Shown here piece after piece: positions 6,134 through 7,669 of a DNA stretch of 7,669 bases. The DNA is from a virus, in the IMG/VR virus record IMGVR_UViG_3300007143_000050, positions 1 to 7,669 of that record, one strand, 5' to 3'. A program made the position numbers and the translations under genes. Every line of letters starts with the position of its first letter. Within the stretch, counting starts at the first letter, position 1. A model generated the notes under the pieces. That model did not search any database, had not been told where the DNA came from, and saw nothing but the letters and a program-made list of their open reading frames with translations.

Positions 6134-6146
6134 TCTTAGTCATCTT
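6123..6146. terminator. Perfect 10-bp hairpin between the convergent genes 5939-6133 (+) and 6155-6667 (-)
   Basis: aagatgacta (6123-6132) / tagtcatctt (6137-6146) with loop atct. It overlaps the TAA stop of the plus-strand gene. There is no clear U-tract on either side, so terminator function is uncertain. Confidence 0.35.
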
Positions 6147-6154
6147 CTAACCAA

Positions 6155-6667
6155 TTAAATTGCATGATAATTTTTATTAAATGAACTTGCTAAGTTACGG
6201 TGACAATAAGATATTGCATCAGATTCAAGTTCTTTTGAATTTCCATTTATTCTAATTGCTTCAATTAGTGCGCGATATTCAAGAGCAGTTATACGACGCG
6301 CTAACCTATAAGGCTCTTTCATGCCTTTCAAATGATCTTGAACAGAACTATGATTAAAGTTTTCGTGACCTGTCTCCCAATCCATGTACTGAATTAAATC
6401 AGCATCATTCATATTTTTTATAATGAGAGAGTATTCAGATACTTTTTTTTGGAAATTTTCATCTGTTATTAGGTAATACTGAAAGGATGAGTCTCGCCCA
6501 TCATAATCCACTACATCAAGCTCTTTGATATACAAGGCTTGCAAATCAGTCCCCCACTCTTTGGGGTTGGAATATTCTGAATTTACGAAAGGAGCATTCT
6601 CAAGTTGGTTATTTGTACGCTCAGTGAATTTTAAAAATGCTTCTGTATCAATTGATAAATTAGTCAT
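6155..6667 (-). CDS. Hypothetical 170-aa protein (accessory gene, no family recognised)
   Basis: ATG with strong SD GAGGA 6 nt upstream. A promoter-like element lies upstream. The protein is soluble and rich in acidic residues. It lies outside the conserved inovirus core. Confidence 0.6.
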   Translation of the reverse strand: MTNLSIDTEAFLKFTERTNNQLENAPFVNSEYSNPKEWGTDLQALYIKELDVVDYDGRDSSFQYYLITDENFQKKVSEYSLIIKNMNDADLIQYMDWETGHENFNHSSVQDHLKGMKEPYRLARRITALEYRALIEAIRINGNSKELESDAISYCHRNLASSFNKNYHAI

Positions 6668-6703
6668 AGATAGTCCTCAAAATTATTTTATAAACAACTT
6701 TGA

Positions 6704-6731
6704 ATTATAAAACCAGCTATAAAGACGACAA
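6704..6731 (-). promoter_or_regulatory. Sigma70-like promoter candidate for the 170-aa gene
   Basis: The minus strand reads TTGTCG (6731-6726), a 16-nt spacer, then TATAAT (6709-6704). The -10 lies about 37 nt upstream of the ATG at 6667. Confidence 0.4.
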
Positions 6732-6808
6732 AAGTTTTGTACTAATTTCAACCATAGGAGTTGTTGGAGAAATATGTCTTTTATGGGTGATTAATCTCAA
6801 AATGAGAC

Positions 6809-6843
6809 AAGAGTCCACCATTAGATAACGTGGACTCTTTTTT
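6809..6843 (+). terminator. Rho-independent terminator, plus-strand orientation
   Basis: aagagtccac (6809-6818) / gtggactctt (6830-6839) with an 11-nt loop. The stem runs directly into a T-tract (six consecutive T at 6838-6843). The opposite strand has no T-tract directly after the stem. Confidence 0.6.
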
Positions 6844-6945
6844 GTACAAATAAACATCAACAAAGTAATTTAAAAAAATTAACCACTTGAAAATTAAATT
6901 AATAAACAGATACTAAATATCTCAATAACTTTATAAGGAAAATAA

Positions 6946-7443
6946 GTGGAAATTCAATTAACAGATAAAGAACGTTTATTCTTGGCTAATCAGCATGAGA
7001 TTCTAAGTTTTTTAGACAAAGATAATTCAGAATATCATTCGAAACTTGCCGAGCAATTGAAACGTGGTCATAAATGGTTGTATGAACAGAGTTTTGATTA
7101 TTTCTCTGAAAATCTTTCAGAAGAAAATGCACAATTGGTTTTAGATATTCTTCAAATCTATGAAATGCTTCAAGATGCTTATGATTCTGTTGTAGATAAG
7201 ACAAAAGTCTCCGCAGATGAAATTAAATTCCCTGGATTTGATGGAAATAATGAACCTGAATTCATGGGTTTTGTTGACGCCTTGAAGAAAGATGATCGCT
7301 ATGTTGATGTTATTGAAAATGGATATAGAAACTCTCATTCACAAAAGATTCATAGATATTCAATTATGATCACGAAATGGGAAGAGTTTGGTAAACCTTA
7401 TAGCCTTACAAATGATCAAGTGCTTGAAATTTTGGGTAAATAA
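6946..7443 (+). CDS. yfbU: YfbU / UPF0304 family protein
   Basis: 165 aa, the same length class as E. coli YfbU, with matches to it from memory along the whole length (ERLFLANQ..IL..LD...EY vs QRLILSNQ..MM..LD..NAERY; RG; F.GFD; G.V....RY; Y..M...W....Y.L). GTG start at 6946 with AAGGA 6 nt upstream. The upstream region is AT-rich and contains a TTGAAA hexamer (6887-6892). Confidence 0.7.
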   Translation: MEIQLTDKERLFLANQHEILSFLDKDNSEYHSKLAEQLKRGHKWLYEQSFDYFSENLSEENAQLVLDILQIYEMLQDAYDSVVDKTKVSADEIKFPGFDGNNEPEFMGFVDALKKDDRYVDVIENGYRNSHSQKIHRYSIMITKWEEFGKPYSLTNDQVLEILGK

Positions 7444-7464
7444 TCATTTACACTAGTCATTCTG

Positions 7465-7493
7465 AAGTCGCATAACTTCATTTTATGTTAAAT
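7465..7493 (+). other. dif-like XerC/XerD site A, inverted relative to site B
   Basis: AAGTCGCATAA-CTTCATT-TTATGTTAAAT. The right arm is identical to the 11-nt XerD arm of E. coli dif (TTATGTTAAAT). The left arm shares CGCATAA with the XerC arm. The centre is 7 nt as written, or 6 nt if the right arm is shifted by one. Confidence 0.6.
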
Positions 7494-7502
7494 AACATAT
7501 CT

Positions 7503-7596
7503 ACGACAGCACCCTAATTTAGTTGCGTTACCGCAACTTCATTTCAATCGTTGGTGCTGTGCCTGACAGCTTATGTAACAAGTGACAATGCTGTCA
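7503..7596. other. Cluster of nested hairpins in the large non-coding region. Candidate origin or packaging-signal structures.
   Basis: acagcacc (7506-7513) / ggtgctgt (7553-7560) enclose agttgcg-ttac-cgcaact (7521-7538). tgacagc (7564-7570) pairs with gctgtca (7590-7596). The hexamer GACAGC or its complement recurs four times (7505, 7556 imperfect, 7565, 7590). Confidence 0.45.
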
Positions 7597-7669
7597 AGCA
7601 TCTGTTAAGTAACATAATATAAGTTATGCAGAAATCAGATCACTACTCGATTTGCGTACAAGCAAGCTT
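7587..7669. repeat. Terminal direct repeat, copy 2 (identical to 1-83). The repeat is cut by the window end.
   Basis: Same 83-nt string as 1-83. The hairpin at 63-92 is only half contained in this copy, so the repeat looks like an overlap or permutation boundary rather than a biological repeat end. Confidence 0.97.

Larger units (their letters stand above)
1..7669. mobile_element. Complete filamentous phage (inovirus-like) genome unit of 7,586 bp plus an 83-nt overlap. It could be a circular replicative form or one unit of a tandem prophage.
   Basis: Exact terminal direct repeat (1-83 = 7587-7669). Canonical inovirus gene order on one strand (rep, ssDNA-binding, small coat-like proteins, major coat, pIII-like, pVI-like, Zot/pI-like), with short gaps or overlaps and SD sequences. 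dif-like sites are present instead of an integrase. Confidence 0.85.

Noticed and set aside
6525-6710. Plus-strand 61-aa ORF overlapping the 5' end and promoter of the 170-aa gene
   Set aside because: It is antisense to a gene with a strong SD and promoter, has no SD of its own, and is most likely a shadow frame.
6887-6916. Promoter for the YfbU-like gene (TTGAAA at 6887-6892 with TACTAA/ATACTA 17-18 nt downstream)
   Set aside because: The -35 is good, but every candidate -10 matches the consensus poorly (about 3/6). In DNA this AT-rich, such hexamers arise by chance, so it is not reported as a feature.
6986-7338. Minus-strand ORFs 6986-7204 and 7141-7338 inside the YfbU-like gene
   Set aside because: Both are antisense to an ORF that aligns end to end with a known family. 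Their translations are Ile/Asn/Phe-rich, as expected from reverse frames of AT-rich coding DNA.
1-7669. CRISPR arrays, tRNA/rRNA genes, integrase, transposase or IS ends
   Set aside because: There are no regularly spaced repeats, no cloverleaf-compatible segments, and no ORF with recombinase or transposase character. The only repeats are the terminal overlap, the operator-like boxes and the hairpins listed above.

Overview
The window appears to be one complete unit of a small, visibly AT-rich filamentous phage (Inoviridae-like) genome or replicative form. Positions 1-83 are identical to 7587-7669, so the unique length is 7,586 bp. The simplest reading is a circular molecule written with an overlap.

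On the minus strand there is a tightly packed, Ff/CTXphi-like gene order:
- replication initiator (pII / Phage_CRI-like, 4540-5814)
- small OB-fold-like ssDNA-binding protein (pV-like, 4198-4479)
- two small proteins (3993-4211, 3793-3981)
- major coat protein precursor (3500-3778)
- a long hairpin, then an adsorption/minor coat protein (pIII-like, 2131-3360)
- a pVI-like hydrophobic protein (1842-2141)
- Zot/pI-like assembly NTPase (796-1839)

No secretin (pIV), integrase or transposase gene is present.

The remaining sequence looks like accessory or regulatory cargo:
- an 86-aa protein, then an unannotated 30-aa hydrophobic peptide
- a HicB-N-domain-only protein (107-301/364) with no recognisable HicA partner
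- a small regulator candidate transcribed divergently from the replication gene (5939-6133)
- a 170-aa protein I cannot place (6155-6667)
- a YfbU/UPF0304-family protein (6946-7443)

The non-coding region that crosses the circular junction carries two dif-like XerC/XerD sites in inverted orientation. They can base-pair with each other leaving a mismatched centre, plus nested hairpins. This resembles the CTXphi-type single-stranded attP, and I consider it the most interesting signal, together with the orphan HicB and the ORF170 / mini-ORF-terminator / YfbU island. All functional calls rest on reading protein motifs and gene order by eye. No database search was run.
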